Notes: a model not told the origin generated them from the sequence alone. Shown: positions 20,497 to 31,636, counted from the first letter of the stretch. The stretch: 64,000 bases of DNA from Nitrospinaceae bacterium (GCA_965237905.1 OZ250172.1:640001-704000); one strand, 5' to 3'. Program-made: numbers and translations.

Positions 20497-21252
20497 ATGA
20501 TTACCCTTGACCAAGTCAGTAAATCTTATGATGGAGTTTCCAGAATCATAAATAACCTTTCCTTCGAAGTACTGGAAGGAGAAATCCTGATGCTCCTAGG
20601 GTCTTCTGGTTGCGGGAAATCAACAATACTTAAAATGATCAATCGTTTGATCGATCCGACAGAAGGAAGGATATACCTGGATGGAAAGGATATTCAGCAA
20701 CAGGACCCGATAGAACTTCGACGTTCCATAGGATACGTTTTTCAGGGCATCGGCCTGTTTCCGCATCTGTCTATTCGAGAGAATATTTCCATGGTGCCAC
20801 GCCTTATAGGTTGGCCCGAGGACCGGATAAACAACCGGTACCGTGAACTGCTTGAACTCGTACAGCTGTCTCCCGAAATCCACGCCGATCGATTTCCCGA
20901 TGAACTATCAGGCGGCCAGCAACAGCGCGTAGCCGTTGCCCGTGCTTTGGCGGCGGATCCGGCTTATCTCCTGATGGACGAACCTTTTGGAGCACTTGAT
21001 GCAATCACAAGGGATTCTCTCCAGCAGGAATTTCTGGAGTTGAAACAACGTTTGAATAAAACGATTATTTTTGTCACTCACGATATTGTTGAAGCCGTCA
21101 CTTTAGGCGACCGTATCGCCATCCTCCACGAAGGGCAACTGGAACAAATCGGGACCAGTGAAGAAATCCTGGAAAATCCTGCCACAGATTTCGTTCGGGA
21201 ACTATTTGCGAAATCTGTCAAGTCCTGGAAGGGGTTCAAAAACATTTTGTAA
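20497..21252 (+). CDS. Osmoprotectant/ergothioneine ABC transporter ATP-binding subunit (OpuCA/OsmV/EgtV-like, no CBS domains)
   Basis: GSSGCGKS, LRRSIGYVFQGIGLFPH, LSGGQQQR and MDEPFGALD motifs. Confidence 0.9.
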   Translation: MITLDQVSKSYDGVSRIINNLSFEVLEGEILMLLGSSGCGKSTILKMINRLIDPTEGRIYLDGKDIQQQDPIELRRSIGYVFQGIGLFPHLSIRENISMVPRLIGWPEDRINNRYRELLELVQLSPEIHADRFPDELSGGQQQRVAVARALAADPAYLLMDEPFGALDAITRDSLQQEFLELKQRLNKTIIFVTHDIVEAVTLGDRIAILHEGQLEQIGTSEEILENPATDFVRELFAKSVKSWKGFKNIL

Positions 21253-22847
21253 TGAAGACTACATCCTTGACAGATTACATTATCGAACGCCTGCCAGAGA
21301 TTTGGCAGCGCATCGGGGAGCACATTTTTCTTACAGGAATATCGACTGTGACTGCGGTGCTTGTCGGCATTCCTCTGGCTATTTTGGCTTTCTACCGACC
21401 CGGGTTGCGCGGTCCGCTTTTGGGAGTAGTCAGTATTTTACAAACGATCCCCAGTCTGGCAATGCTGGTCATTCTTTTGGCCCTTTTCCAGAAAATCGGA
21501 GTAATACCGGCAATCGTTGCGCTCATTCTCTATGCTCTACTCCCTATAGTTCGGAACACTCTGGCCGCGCTTCAGGGAATTGCTCCGGAGATCATCGAAG
21601 CGGCCCGGGGAATAGGCATGACAGAATGGCAAAAAATGCGACTGATCAGGATCCCTCTGGGAATTCCAGTAATTATGGCGGGCATTCGGACTGCCTCGGT
21701 AGCGGGAGTTGGTATCGCAACTCTCGCAGCATTTATCGGGGCAGGAGGTTTGGGCGAATTTATTAATCGCGGTCTGGCTCTTTCCAACACTCGGCTGATT
21801 TTTCTTGGTGCGATTCCTGCGGCCCTACTGGCCTTGCTGGTGGATTTCGTGCTGGGTTTCGTAGAAAAGGTTTGTGATCCTAAACGAAACAGACATTGGT
21901 CCCACCGGTTTCATTTTGCCTTGAAACTCTCCATAGTTCTGATTCCTCTTTTCCTTTTGATCCCCGTTTTTATAAGTTTTTTCCCCTGGTCCTCGCAAAC
22001 AGCAGGATCTTCTGAAAAGAATGAAACGAAAAGTATTAATGTCGTCCGCATTGCATCAAAAAATTTTACAGAACAGCATATCCTCGCCGAAATGATGGCC
22101 CAGATGATTGAAAAACGAACTCACCTTTCCGTGGATCGCAAGTTCAACCTGGGTGGAACAATTATTTGCCATCAGGCTTTAAAACGGGGGGAGATTGATC
22201 TGTACGCGGAATACACCGGAACAGGCTTGATGGCCATTCTGAAACTTCCTGCAATGAACAATCCCGATGAAGTATATCATCGTGTGTCAGAAGAATATCT
22301 AAACCGATTCAATTTGGTTTGGTTGGAACCCTTCGGCTTCAATAATACCTATACCCTCACCGTCCGAAAGCAGGACGCCGTGCAAAATCACTGGAAAAAC
22401 ATTTCTGATTTGATTCCCGTGTCTTCAAAATTAGTAGCAGGGTTTTCTGGAGAATTTCAGGAACGGCCTGACGGATATCCCGGATTTCAGGAGATTTATG
22501 GGTTTAAGTTTGGAGAAGTTCATGATCTGGACCCGGGTCTAATTTATCAGGCTTTGGCCAAGGGAGCGGTTGATGTGATCGACGGTTATTTGACCGATGG
22601 ACGGATTCCAGCATACAATCTGGTTTCCCTAAAGGACGATAAGAAATTTTTCCCTCCTTACCATGCGGCACCGGTAGTTCGGGAAGAAGTTCTGAATGCC
22701 TACCCTGATCTGAGAGAGGCATTGGCTCCTCTAGGGTCCCTCATAGACAACACAACCATGAGGGTTCTGAACTATGAAGTGAATGAAAATAAACGGGAAA
22801 TTTCGGAATTGGTGACAGAATTTTTGCAGGACAAAGAAATTTTGTGA
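21252..22847 (+). CDS. Fused permease plus substrate-binding protein of a quaternary-amine ABC importer (OpuC/EgtU/BilEB-like)
   Basis: QTIPSLA and EAARGIGM permease motifs fused to SKNFTEQ, EYTGT, GFNNTY and FFPPY binding-domain motifs. Confidence 0.9.
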   Translation: MKTTSLTDYIIERLPEIWQRIGEHIFLTGISTVTAVLVGIPLAILAFYRPGLRGPLLGVVSILQTIPSLAMLVILLALFQKIGVIPAIVALILYALLPIVRNTLAALQGIAPEIIEAARGIGMTEWQKMRLIRIPLGIPVIMAGIRTASVAGVGIATLAAFIGAGGLGEFINRGLALSNTRLIFLGAIPAALLALLVDFVLGFVEKVCDPKRNRHWSHRFHFALKLSIVLIPLFLLIPVFISFFPWSSQTAGSSEKNETKSINVVRIASKNFTEQHILAEMMAQMIEKRTHLSVDRKFNLGGTIICHQALKRGEIDLYAEYTGTGLMAILKLPAMNNPDEVYHRVSEEYLNRFNLVWLEPFGFNNTYTLTVRKQDAVQNHWKNISDLIPVSSKLVAGFSGEFQERPDGYPGFQEIYGFKFGEVHDLDPGLIYQALAKGAVDVIDGYLTDGRIPAYNLVSLKDDKKFFPPYHAAPVVREEVLNAYPDLREALAPLGSLIDNTTMRVLNYEVNENKREISELVTEFLQDKEIL

Positions 22848-23027
22848 TTTGAACGGGTTTTGCGTCGACTCTTTCACTTCTATGAGTCTAAATTTGTAAA
22901 CGCTTTTAGTTACTACTGCAATTAATACTCAAATATGTAAATAATTTGAGCGGCTTAGAATGTCCGCTTTGGGTCGATTCCAGCCATTTAGATTTCTAAC
23001 TGAGACACTACCTGCGAATCGGCTGAC

Positions 23028-23408
23028 TCAGGTTTCTCCGGGACCGGGTTCATCGATGATGCCCTTGATCTTGAATTCCCGAATGATGTAGCCTGACCGC
23101 TCCGGAAGAGTTTCCTGGAAAATGCCTTTCAGCTCCATCACCTTTTCGCGGTCCAGTACATCCAGCAGAAATTCGAACTGCGCCTCTGGATAATACACCG
23201 TGAAATCGAGCCCCGCTGTCTGGTACTGGTATTGAAAACCAGACCGCATGGGATTGTTCCGGATCGGTTTGTACTCGACATGGCCTAGCGGAATCACTTC
23301 CGCGATACGGGCCCACGCTTCCCCGCCCTCCTTCAAGGCCTGCTTCACACGGGACAACAGTTCCCGAGGATCCATTAATTCGTAGGTGTAACTGCGCCGC
23401 TTTTTCAT
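23028..23408 (-). CDS. Hypothetical protein
   Basis: 126-aa ORF whose start overlaps the 3' end of the upstream methyltransferase. Confidence 0.65.
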   Translation of the reverse strand: MKKRRSYTYELMDPRELLSRVKQALKEGGEAWARIAEVIPLGHVEYKPIRNNPMRSGFQYQYQTAGLDFTVYYPEAQFEFLLDVLDREKVMELKGIFQETLPERSGYIIREFKIKGIIDEPGPGET

Positions 23409-24271
23409 AAGAGGTTTTCTTCAGTCCGAACACCGCAGGGCACCGCCCGCAGAGCCAAAAACAGAGGTATCTCCTGCCGTGCTCGGTTCTCCGCTTTCGA
23501 ACGCTTGCCCGGTTCGCTGATTTTATGAGACGTCCACTCCTCCAATCCGTCCACGCACAAACCGGCCTCGGTCAAAGCCTGAACATAACTCTGTAAAGGA
23601 CGATGATAGGTAACGGTAAAGGATTTGGATTGGACAAAGGGCGGCGTCAGAATAGGAATGGCCGATTCGGAGCCATACAAATCCACCCGGCGGTATTGAA
23701 TTTTTTTCTGCTCGTCCCATCCCCAATGCGTTTGCCGGGGAATCCTGAAGCAGGGATGCGTCGTGACCATCACAAATCGTCCACCCGGCTTCAACCACCG
23801 CTTCACATTGCGCATGACGGGAGCGAGGGATTCGATATTCTGTAGAGCCAGCAGGCATACCACCGCGTCGAAGGTCTTCCCCTGGAGCGCCTGGCTATCC
23901 TCCGCATCTGCGTGTTCGAAACGGATGGAGGGATCCGACCGCGATTGCGCGAAACGAATCATCTCTTCCGAAGTATCAAGACCCGTCACCTTTATTTTTC
24001 GTTGTGATAGATACCGGGAAAACACACCCTGCCCGCAGGCCAGGTCCAGGACCGCATCGCCCTTCTGCAACTGCATCAGTTGCAACGCACCGGGAAAAAT
24101 GATGGCTGTCTGGTACTCGCTTCCCTTCAGTCCCACCAAAGCGTCGTACCATTGCGCCGCCTGATCCCATACGACGGAAGGCTTTTTCGATGCCGGTTTC
24201 CCCGTGCGAGGCGAAGTCTTTTTCAATTTCCCGGACTGTCGGGTCTTTTTTGTTTTCGCGTTCCGGTTCAT
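23405..24271 (-). CDS. Class I SAM-dependent methyltransferase
   Basis: VLDLACGQG, LKPGGRFV, THPCF and YHRPL motifs. Confidence 0.88.
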   Translation of the reverse strand: MNRNAKTKKTRQSGKLKKTSPRTGKPASKKPSVVWDQAAQWYDALVGLKGSEYQTAIIFPGALQLMQLQKGDAVLDLACGQGVFSRYLSQRKIKVTGLDTSEEMIRFAQSRSDPSIRFEHADAEDSQALQGKTFDAVVCLLALQNIESLAPVMRNVKRWLKPGGRFVMVTTHPCFRIPRQTHWGWDEQKKIQYRRVDLYGSESAIPILTPPFVQSKSFTVTYHRPLQSYVQALTEAGLCVDGLEEWTSHKISEPGKRSKAENRARQEIPLFLALRAVPCGVRTEENLL

Positions 24272-24381
24272 TTTCTTTTCACAACTAGACCTTGCCCTAT
24301 CGGGAAGGAAACCGTATAATTTTTGTGAGTTGTTTCACTTGGCTCAAATCCGCCGTCAATCTTACCACACGAGGACTTCCC

Positions 24382-24852
24382 ATGAGTAGCAACAAACCCT
24401 TTCTAAAAAACTGGATCGCAACATTTTGGATTGCCGCGTCGCTGACCTTGGTCTGGGGATGCGCTTCCTCTACTGAAAAGAGTCTTGAGCGGTTGAACAA
24501 AACTACCCGTATCTACAATAATGCATTTGAAAGCAAGTCCGAAGACGGGGGTTCTGGCTACGTTCTAAACGATTACCGGATGGACTACCTGCTGAAATAC
24601 GGTGATATCCAGGGCAAGGTCTCGTTCCTCCAGGCCCAGACACTCAATATTGCTTACTTCAAGGGCGGCAAACCGTTGGAAATCAATGATGAAAATCCCG
24701 AAGGTGAAATCGATGAAGCGGTGATTACCATGCGGTATAAAGTGACCATCTCCCCCAGCAACCGGTTGAAAACTTTTATTCATGAGCAACGCTGGAAGCT
24801 CGACAAAGATACCTGGCGACTGGAACCCAACTTGAAACCGTTCCTCAAATGA
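24382..24852 (+). CDS. Hypothetical lipoprotein
   Basis: GAGGA ribosome-binding site, then a hydrophobic leader ending LVWGC (lipobox-like). Confidence 0.7.
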   Translation: MSSNKPFLKNWIATFWIAASLTLVWGCASSTEKSLERLNKTTRIYNNAFESKSEDGGSGYVLNDYRMDYLLKYGDIQGKVSFLQAQTLNIAYFKGGKPLEINDENPEGEIDEAVITMRYKVTISPSNRLKTFIHEQRWKLDKDTWRLEPNLKPFLK

Positions 24853-24856
24853 TTTT

Positions 24857-25564
24857 TCAGGTTCGCATGACCACTTCAACCGGACAATCAAGGGTCACCG
24901 CCGATGCGGTTACCTTGCAATTGAACCCGTAAATTTCCACTCCCGCCTGTTTTGCTTCCCGCAACCGCTTGCCGAACTCGGGATCAATGGCGTCATTGGA
25001 AGTGATCGTTCGAGTATCGGACCTCTGGGAAACAAACACCACCGCCGTCCGGTTTCCTTTGCGCTTCAGCTCAATCAACTCCTCCACATGTCGGCGGCCC
25101 CGCTCGGTCGGCGCGTCTGGAAACTTTCCCACCGTTTGTTCCACCAGGCTCACGGACTTGACCTCAACAAACATAGGACCATCTGGAAAGTTCAATTGGA
25201 AATCAAACCGGCTGTGGCCCACCTTGACCTCGGAAGAAAAGTCGGTGTAACCGGAAAACCCGGGCAATGCACGGTCGGACAGCGCACCCCCCACCAAACG
25301 GTTGGCAAATACCGGAAATACTGAAACCCAGATGCGCCCATGCTTTACCAAAGCCAGCGTGTAATCGGTCTTTCGCTTCGCACCGGGGTTATGTATGAGA
25401 CGGACGCGCCGTTGGGGAATCATCAATCCGGGCAACCGGCCGGGATCCGGAACATGTGCGGAAACCTGCTGTCCCTCAATTTCGACATGCGCCAGGTAAC
25501 GGTTGGGCCGCTCGAGAAAAATTCCATCGACCATCCGTTCGCCCAGTTTCATGGTTGGATTCAA
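24857..25564 (-). CDS. sfsA: SfsA DNA/RNA nuclease (sugar fermentation stimulation protein)
   Basis: RPNRY, SRFDF, VEVKSVSL and FPDAPTERGRRH motifs. Confidence 0.93.
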   Translation of the reverse strand: MNPTMKLGERMVDGIFLERPNRYLAHVEIEGQQVSAHVPDPGRLPGLMIPQRRVRLIHNPGAKRKTDYTLALVKHGRIWVSVFPVFANRLVGGALSDRALPGFSGYTDFSSEVKVGHSRFDFQLNFPDGPMFVEVKSVSLVEQTVGKFPDAPTERGRRHVEELIELKRKGNRTAVVFVSQRSDTRTITSNDAIDPEFGKRLREAKQAGVEIYGFNCKVTASAVTLDCPVEVVMRT

Positions 25565-25620
25565 TTCAAGAGGAAAAAAAGGAAAGATTTGAAGATTAGT
25601 TTTTAACTGCGGCGGCGCAT

Positions 25621-27159
25621 TTAATGGCCGCCTCCGTGACCGGAATCCGCATCCAGACTTTTAAATTTCTTTTCCATATGAAGAACGTGGTCCACCGCCG
25701 GCGATACACGGTCGACGATGCCCTTGGGATACAATCCGATCACAACAGCCAGGATGCAGGCCGGAACCAGCAAGCCGATTTCCTTCCGGTCCAGGTCTTT
25801 TACTCCGTCATGCATCTCCTCTACCGGTTCCTGCATGGCACCCTGAAACATGAAGAGCATATAGATCGAAGCAAAAACGATGGCTAACCCTGCGGCCAAA
25901 ACGAACAGGCCGGCCATTCCTGCGAACAGATGCGAACTCCACACGCCCATGAGAATCAGAAACTCACCGACAAACCCGTTCAAACCAGGCAAGCCCAGCG
26001 CCGCCAGGGTAATGAGCATGAACATGGCATAAAGCACCGGCATCGGTTTTTTTAATCCGCGGAATTTATCCAGCTGGCGCGTCCCCAAGCGTTCTTCAAG
26101 AATACCGACAATGATAAACAGAGCGGAGGCGATGATGCCGTGATTGACCATTTGCAACACACTGCCTTCCACGCCTTGGCCGTTGAAGGCAAAAATTCCG
26201 AGAGCGATGAATCCCAGATGGCTGATGCTGGAATAAGCTACCAACGCCTTGAGATCCCTCTGCGCCACCGCGATCCACGCGCCGTAAACGATACCCCCCG
26301 CCGCCGCAGTGCCGATCCATAACCCCCAGTCGGAGATGGTTTCGGGAAACAGTGGCAGGCAAAAGCGGATCAATCCATACGCCCCGGCTTTGGACATGGC
26401 CCCGGTGATCAGAATCAGTGCCGGAATCGGACAAGCCACATAAGCGTGCGGCAACCAGCTGTGAAACGGAAAAATGGGAATCTTGATCGCGAACGCCATG
26501 AAGAAACAGATAAACATATAAAACTGAATATCCGCCGGCATCTGCGTCTGCAACAGAGTGGGAATATCGAAGGTCAGCGTTTGCGTCAATTCATAATGAA
26601 CGACCGTGACCCAGATAATACCGACCAGCATCAAGAGACTGCCCACCAGCGTATAAATCACAAACTTGGTGGTGGCGTAGACTTTTTTGCCTTCGCCCCA
26701 GAAACCGATCAGGAAATACGCGGGCACCAGCATCAATTCCCAAAACACGTAAAACAAAATGGAATCCATCGCCACAAACACGCCCAGGGTTCCGCCCTCA
26801 AGCATCAGAATCAATGCGAGAAAGTACTGCATATTTTTCTTCTGGCCACGGGAAAAGTAAACCGCCAGCACTCCCAATAGTGCCGTCAACACCACCAGCC
26901 ACAAGCTGATGCCGTCGACTCCCACCTTGTAATAAATATGAAGCATCGGCACCCACTCGACGGACTGCACAAACTGCATCCCGTGATGGTGGGAATCAAA
27001 CATCACCAGAAGAATAACCGCACTCACAAAAGTGAGGATGCTCGCCCCATTGGCGATCCCGATGACCATTCCATTGTTATCCCCGGTCACCCTCATCACC
27101 ATAATGACGATGGCCGCGATCAATGGAAGAAAAACAATGCCTGTTAAAATAAAATCCAT
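25621..27159 (-). CDS. nuoM: NADH-quinone oxidoreductase subunit M
   Basis: GVDGISL, FWELML, KIPIFPFHSWLP and LPGLNGFVGEF motifs. Confidence 0.95.
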   Translation of the reverse strand: MDFILTGIVFLPLIAAIVIMVMRVTGDNNGMVIGIANGASILTFVSAVILLVMFDSHHHGMQFVQSVEWVPMLHIYYKVGVDGISLWLVVLTALLGVLAVYFSRGQKKNMQYFLALILMLEGGTLGVFVAMDSILFYVFWELMLVPAYFLIGFWGEGKKVYATTKFVIYTLVGSLLMLVGIIWVTVVHYELTQTLTFDIPTLLQTQMPADIQFYMFICFFMAFAIKIPIFPFHSWLPHAYVACPIPALILITGAMSKAGAYGLIRFCLPLFPETISDWGLWIGTAAAGGIVYGAWIAVAQRDLKALVAYSSISHLGFIALGIFAFNGQGVEGSVLQMVNHGIIASALFIIVGILEERLGTRQLDKFRGLKKPMPVLYAMFMLITLAALGLPGLNGFVGEFLILMGVWSSHLFAGMAGLFVLAAGLAIVFASIYMLFMFQGAMQEPVEEMHDGVKDLDRKEIGLLVPACILAVVIGLYPKGIVDRVSPAVDHVLHMEKKFKSLDADSGHGGGH

Positions 27160-27169
27160 TGCTACAACG

Positions 27170-29041
27170 TCACATAAAAATAACAAATAATAAAATGGTC
27201 ACCATACCCGCGACCATGTTCAGCGCATAAATACGGACCTTGCCGGACTGCCAAATGCTGATGCCGCGGCTCACTTCGCGCACCTGCTCGCCTACCTGGT
27301 CGACGGAAAAGTCGATCCCTTGTTTCTCGGCCCGCTCCTCCATGAATTTTCCAATGGCCTTCACAGGTTTCACAATCAGAAAATCGTATATCTCGTCTAT
27401 GTAATATTTGTTGAACAACGCCTCGTAAATCGGCGCCAGCATCTGTTTGGCAAACGCCAGTTGATCCTTCCCCGTCATGTAAATCGCCACCGCTGTGAGG
27501 ATGCCGCCCAGAGCCGCCGCCACCGCGATGATCTCCAGCATGGCGTCATCGTGATGCACCGGTACCGCCCCGCCGAACACAGGAGACAGGAAATCGTGGA
27601 CCCACGGTCCCAGAAAACCGCCCAGCAGAGACAGACCCGCCAGCACCATCAAAGGTGCGGTCATCACCAAGGGAGACTCATGCGGTTTCGCTTCCGGTGT
27701 CCTTGAGGTTCCCATGAAGGTGTAGAAGAACAGACGGAACGTATAAAATCCGGTCATGCCAACCGCGATGACTGCCAGACCCCAGAACACGAAGTTTCCG
27801 TATTGGCCGTGGTAGGCGTTCATGACGATCTCCTCTTTACTAAAGAACCCGGCGGTCAACGGAAACCCCGCCAGGGCGAGAGCCGCAATCAAAAACGTAA
27901 TGAACGTAATTGGCATCGCGTAACGCAGTCCGCCCATTTTGCGGATATCCTGTTCATCCGCCATGCCGTGAATCACGCTTCCCGCACCGAGGAACAACAG
28001 CGCCTTGAAAAACGCGTGTGTCATGAGGTGAAACATGCCGACACTGAACACACCCGCTCCCACCGCCAGGAACATAAAACCGATCTGGCTCATGGTGGAG
28101 TACGCGATGACTCTTTTGATATCGTATTGCACCATACCGATGGACCCGGCGAAGATCGCCGTGATCACCCCGACCGCCGCGATCAGGTACATCATGAAAG
28201 GCGCCATCATGAAAAGTGCGTTGCACCGGGCCACCAGATAAACGCCGGCGGTCACCATAGTCGCCGCGTGAATGAGCGCACTGACCGGGGTCGGACCTTC
28301 CATCGCATCCGGTAGCCAGGTGTGGAGCGGTATCTGCGCCGACTTGGCAAACGCCCCCACCAGCAGGAGAAAGGTGATCAGCAAAATTGTGTCATCATTC
28401 GGGAAAAAAGCGGTCGGCGCGGCTTTGAACACGTCCACGTAATTGAGTGACCCGAAATGCTCGAAAATCATAAAAGCGGCGATCACCATGCCCACGTCGC
28501 CGATGACGTTCATCACAAACGCTTTGCGTGCCGCCAGCACAGCACTTTTCTTTTCCGTCCAGAAACCGATGAGCAGGTACGAAGCCAGGCCCACCAGCGC
28601 CCAGCCGACGATCAGGAAAAAGAAATCTGCCGCCAGCACCAACAGGGACATGGCGAAGATAAACAGATTCATATAAGCAAAGAACCGGCTGAACTCCTTG
28701 TCATGGTGCATGTAGCCGATGGAGTAGACATGGATGAGAAATCCCACTCCCGTTATAATCAGCAACATAAACACGGACAGGGGATCAATCAGGATCGAAA
28801 GATTCAGACTGAACCCTTCCGACACAACCCACGGGTAGAGCGTCTGAATATGATTCAACCGGTCGGCGGGATTTTCCGAATAGAGTTGGGCCAGCATGAG
28901 TAGAGTCACCAGAAACGCGCCGCCCACCGTCGCACAGGCGAACCATCCTCCGATGAACTTGGGAATGCGGTTCCCGAACCAGGACAGGCCGAGAAATCCT
29001 GCCATCGGCAGAAACAATATTAGCCAACTCAGTGCGTACAA
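27170..29041 (-). CDS. nuoL: NADH-quinone oxidoreductase subunit L
   Basis: KSAQIPLHTWLPDAMEGPTPVSALIHAATMV and HAFFKALLFL motifs. Confidence 0.97.
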   Translation of the reverse strand: MYALSWLILFLPMAGFLGLSWFGNRIPKFIGGWFACATVGGAFLVTLLMLAQLYSENPADRLNHIQTLYPWVVSEGFSLNLSILIDPLSVFMLLIITGVGFLIHVYSIGYMHHDKEFSRFFAYMNLFIFAMSLLVLAADFFFLIVGWALVGLASYLLIGFWTEKKSAVLAARKAFVMNVIGDVGMVIAAFMIFEHFGSLNYVDVFKAAPTAFFPNDDTILLITFLLLVGAFAKSAQIPLHTWLPDAMEGPTPVSALIHAATMVTAGVYLVARCNALFMMAPFMMYLIAAVGVITAIFAGSIGMVQYDIKRVIAYSTMSQIGFMFLAVGAGVFSVGMFHLMTHAFFKALLFLGAGSVIHGMADEQDIRKMGGLRYAMPITFITFLIAALALAGFPLTAGFFSKEEIVMNAYHGQYGNFVFWGLAVIAVGMTGFYTFRLFFYTFMGTSRTPEAKPHESPLVMTAPLMVLAGLSLLGGFLGPWVHDFLSPVFGGAVPVHHDDAMLEIIAVAAALGGILTAVAIYMTGKDQLAFAKQMLAPIYEALFNKYYIDEIYDFLIVKPVKAIGKFMEERAEKQGIDFSVDQVGEQVREVSRGISIWQSGKVRIYALNMVAGMVTILLFVIFM

Positions 29042-29046
29042 GCCGA

Positions 29047-29352
29047 TTACCCTTTCAATGTATTGATATGGTCCACATCCAGCTCATGCCGGGTGCGGAA
29101 AATCGTCAAAATGATGGCGAGGCCGACGACCACCTCCGCCGCGGCCACGGTCATGACAATGAGCGCGAAGATTTGCCCGTCCAGCGAATTCAAAAAACTG
29201 GAGTACCCGACCAGCAGAAAATTTACTGCGTTCAGCATCAACTCGACGGACATGAACATGACCAGTGGATTTTTGCGGATGACAAAACCCACTGCCCCTA
29301 TGGAAAACATTGCCGCGCTGACAAACAACACAAATTCACTTCCCATGATCAA
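29047..29352 (-). CDS. nuoK: NADH-quinone oxidoreductase subunit K
   Basis: [10 protein letters not shown] and [12 protein letters not shown] motifs. Confidence 0.96.
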   Translation of the reverse strand: MIMGSEFVLFVSAAMFSIGAVGFVIRKNPLVMFMSVELMLNAVNFLLVGYSSFLNSLDGQIFALIVMTVAAAEVVVGLAIILTIFRTRHELDVDHINTLKG

Positions 29353-29939
29353 GTCCTCGTACGTTTTCGCAATGGTTTGTAGGTAAACTTGGCCAGACTG
29401 ATGATCCCCACCGCCGCCACCAACAACAGCAGAGACGCCAGCTCAAACGGAATGATATGATTGGAAAACAGCTCGATGCCGATGGCCTTGGCACTGCCCA
29501 CTTGTTGCACCACTTCTGGCGTTGCCTGCCCTACGACCGGTTTGGTTTCGCCCACGGTCATCGCCAGCAGGAGTTCGCAGAACAGAAGGCCGACAAACCC
29601 CAGCCCTGTAAGATTCTGGAACGATAATTCCCGTTTTTCCTCTTTCGCACCCAACAACGCAATGATAAACAGGAACAGGATCATCACCGCCCCGGCGTAC
29701 ACGACCACCTGCACGACCGCCAGGAACTCCGCATTAAATAAAAGAAACAATAAGGCGAGGCACACCATGTTGCCGATCAGGTAAAGAGCACTGTAAATGG
29801 GAGAAGCGCAGAGGATGACCCCGAGGCTGGCCAGAATCGCCGTCATGCCGATAATGAACACGAGGCTCTGTTGAAACAAGCCGAACACCGTTTCACGGTC
29901 CAGGTTGAACGACCACAGTTGATCCAGAAATTCCATCAT
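29349..29939 (-). CDS. nuoJ: NADH-quinone oxidoreductase subunit J
   Basis: [22 protein letters not shown] and [10 protein letters not shown] motifs. Confidence 0.95.
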   Translation of the reverse strand: MMEFLDQLWSFNLDRETVFGLFQQSLVFIIGMTAILASLGVILCASPIYSALYLIGNMVCLALLFLLFNAEFLAVVQVVVYAGAVMILFLFIIALLGAKEEKRELSFQNLTGLGFVGLLFCELLLAMTVGETKPVVGQATPEVVQQVGSAKAIGIELFSNHIIPFELASLLLLVAAVGIISLAKFTYKPLRKRTRT

Positions 29940-30102
29940 GAGTTCACTCTCTTCTCCACATCCGGCAAAACGCCGGCTTTAAACGCAAAAACTCCCACCC
30001 TATCCGGCCCCGCAAGGCTTTTGCGGAACACCCATCCATTCGATCCGGCAGAATGTTTCACTGCCGTTGCTTGGTCCCATTAATGGAAAAGAAGGCTCAG
30101 CG

Positions 30103-30600
30103 TTACTTTTTGTTTACGATTTTCGTATTGCCCAGAAAATTCACGCTGAACACGTTCGGCTCGGGATAGACCAAAAGATCTTCCTTGGTCGCAATATATG
30201 TTTTCCGATCGTAATCGGCGAGCTCGTAATGCTCCCGCAGGACCACCGCGTCCACCGGACACGCCTCTTCGCAGTACCCGCAGTAAATGCAACGCAGGAG
30301 GTTGATCTCGTACACTTCCGCGTACCGTTCCCCCTTGGACACGGGGTTGTTGGGATCGTTCTCCGCCGAAACCACGTGGATGCAATTCACGGGACAATTG
30401 ATGGAGCACAGACTGCACCCGATGCACTTTTCCAGACCCTCTTCGTCCCGGTTCAGGAAATGACGCCCGCGGTAACGGTCCGGCATCACCCGTTTGTGTT
30501 CCGGATACTGAAAGGTAACCGGCTTCGACAGCATATTTTTGAAAGTGACGCCCATCCCCACCATCAGGTTGTAGGCACCTTTAATCACAGCTTTTATCAT
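30103..30600 (-). CDS. nuoI: NADH-quinone oxidoreductase subunit I
   Basis: Two CxxCxxCxxxCP ferredoxin motifs. Confidence 0.96.
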   Translation of the reverse strand: MIKAVIKGAYNLMVGMGVTFKNMLSKPVTFQYPEHKRVMPDRYRGRHFLNRDEEGLEKCIGCSLCSINCPVNCIHVVSAENDPNNPVSKGERYAEVYEINLLRCIYCGYCEEACPVDAVVLREHYELADYDRKTYIATKEDLLVYPEPNVFSVNFLGNTKIVNKK

Positions 30601-30610
30601 AAAAAATACC

Positions 30611-31636
30611 TCAGGCGGTTATTAAGTACACCTTGACCGCACTATAAAACAACATAATGACCAGGGACAACGGCAGAAGAAACTTCCATCCGAACGTCAT
30701 CAACCGATCGTACCGGATGCGCGGAAAGGTCGACCGCAACCAGATGAACACACACAATAATAAAAATACCTTGAACGCGAATACCAGGATGGGAATATCC
30801 AAACCGATATAGGAATTCCATCCGCCCAAAAACAGAATCGTCACCAGGGCGCTCATGGTGATCATGTTGATATATTCACCCATGAAGAACATGGCGAATT
30901 TCATACCCGAATATTCGGTGAAAAACCCGGCCACCAGTTCCTGCTCCGCTTCCGGCAAATCGAACGGCGCCCGGTTGGTTTCCGCCACGCCGGCAATAAA
31001 AAATAATACGAACGCCGGGAACAGGGGAATCGCATAAGGCATGTCGCTTTGGCTCTTCACGATATCGTACAGGTTGAGCGACCCGCTCATGATCACCACG
31101 CTCAAGGCCGTCAGGCCGAGCGTCAATTCATAACTGATCATCTGCGCTGAAGAGCGCAAACCGCCCATCAGCGAATATTTATTGTTCGACGAAAACCCGG
31201 CAAGCACGATGCCATAAATGCCCATCGACGAAATAGCGAAGATGAACAGGAGACCGATGTTGAGGTTCGCTCCCCACAGTCCAATGGACTGCCCGCCCAC
31301 TTCGAAAGGCTCGCCGAATGGTATCGCGGCGAACGTCACGATCGCCGTAAATCCCACGATGGCCGGTGCCAGATAGAATAAAAATTTATCCGCCGAACTC
31401 TGGACGATGTTTTCCTTGAACAGCAGTTTCACCACATCGGCCACTGCCTGCCCCAGTCCCAACGGTCCAACGCGGTTGGGTCCGAGGCGCACTTGGAACC
31501 GCCCCATCAACCGCCGCTCCAGCCATACCAGAAGCGGCACCGTGGACAACAATCCGATCGCAATGATCACCGCTTTCACAGCGCCGATGATCAGCCACCA
31601 GTACGGGTCCAGGAAATTTAGGATGTCGTCGATCAA
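30611..31636 (-). CDS. nuoH: NADH-quinone oxidoreductase subunit H
   Basis: RLGPNRVGP and AETNRAPFDLPEAEQELVAG motifs. Confidence 0.97.
   Translation of the reverse strand: MIDDILNFLDPYWWLIIGAVKAVIIAIGLLSTVPLLVWLERRLMGRFQVRLGPNRVGPLGLGQAVADVVKLLFKENIVQSSADKFLFYLAPAIVGFTAIVTFAAIPFGEPFEVGGQSIGLWGANLNIGLLFIFAISSMGIYGIVLAGFSSNNKYSLMGGLRSSAQMISYELTLGLTALSVVIMSGSLNLYDIVKSQSDMPYAIPLFPAFVLFFIAGVAETNRAPFDLPEAEQELVAGFFTEYSGMKFAMFFMGEYINMITMSALVTILFLGGWNSYIGLDIPILVFAFKVFLLLCVFIWLRSTFPRIRYDRLMTFGWKFLLPLSLVIMLFYSAVKVYLITA

Noticed and set aside
25621..29041. 2M-type complex I with an extra NuoM
   Set aside because: Only one nuoM is present, and NuoL is of ordinary length
29960..30030. Hairpins between nuoI and nuoJ as a terminator or ncRNA
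   Set aside because: Short stems with no convincing U-tract on the coding strand; at most mRNA-stability elements
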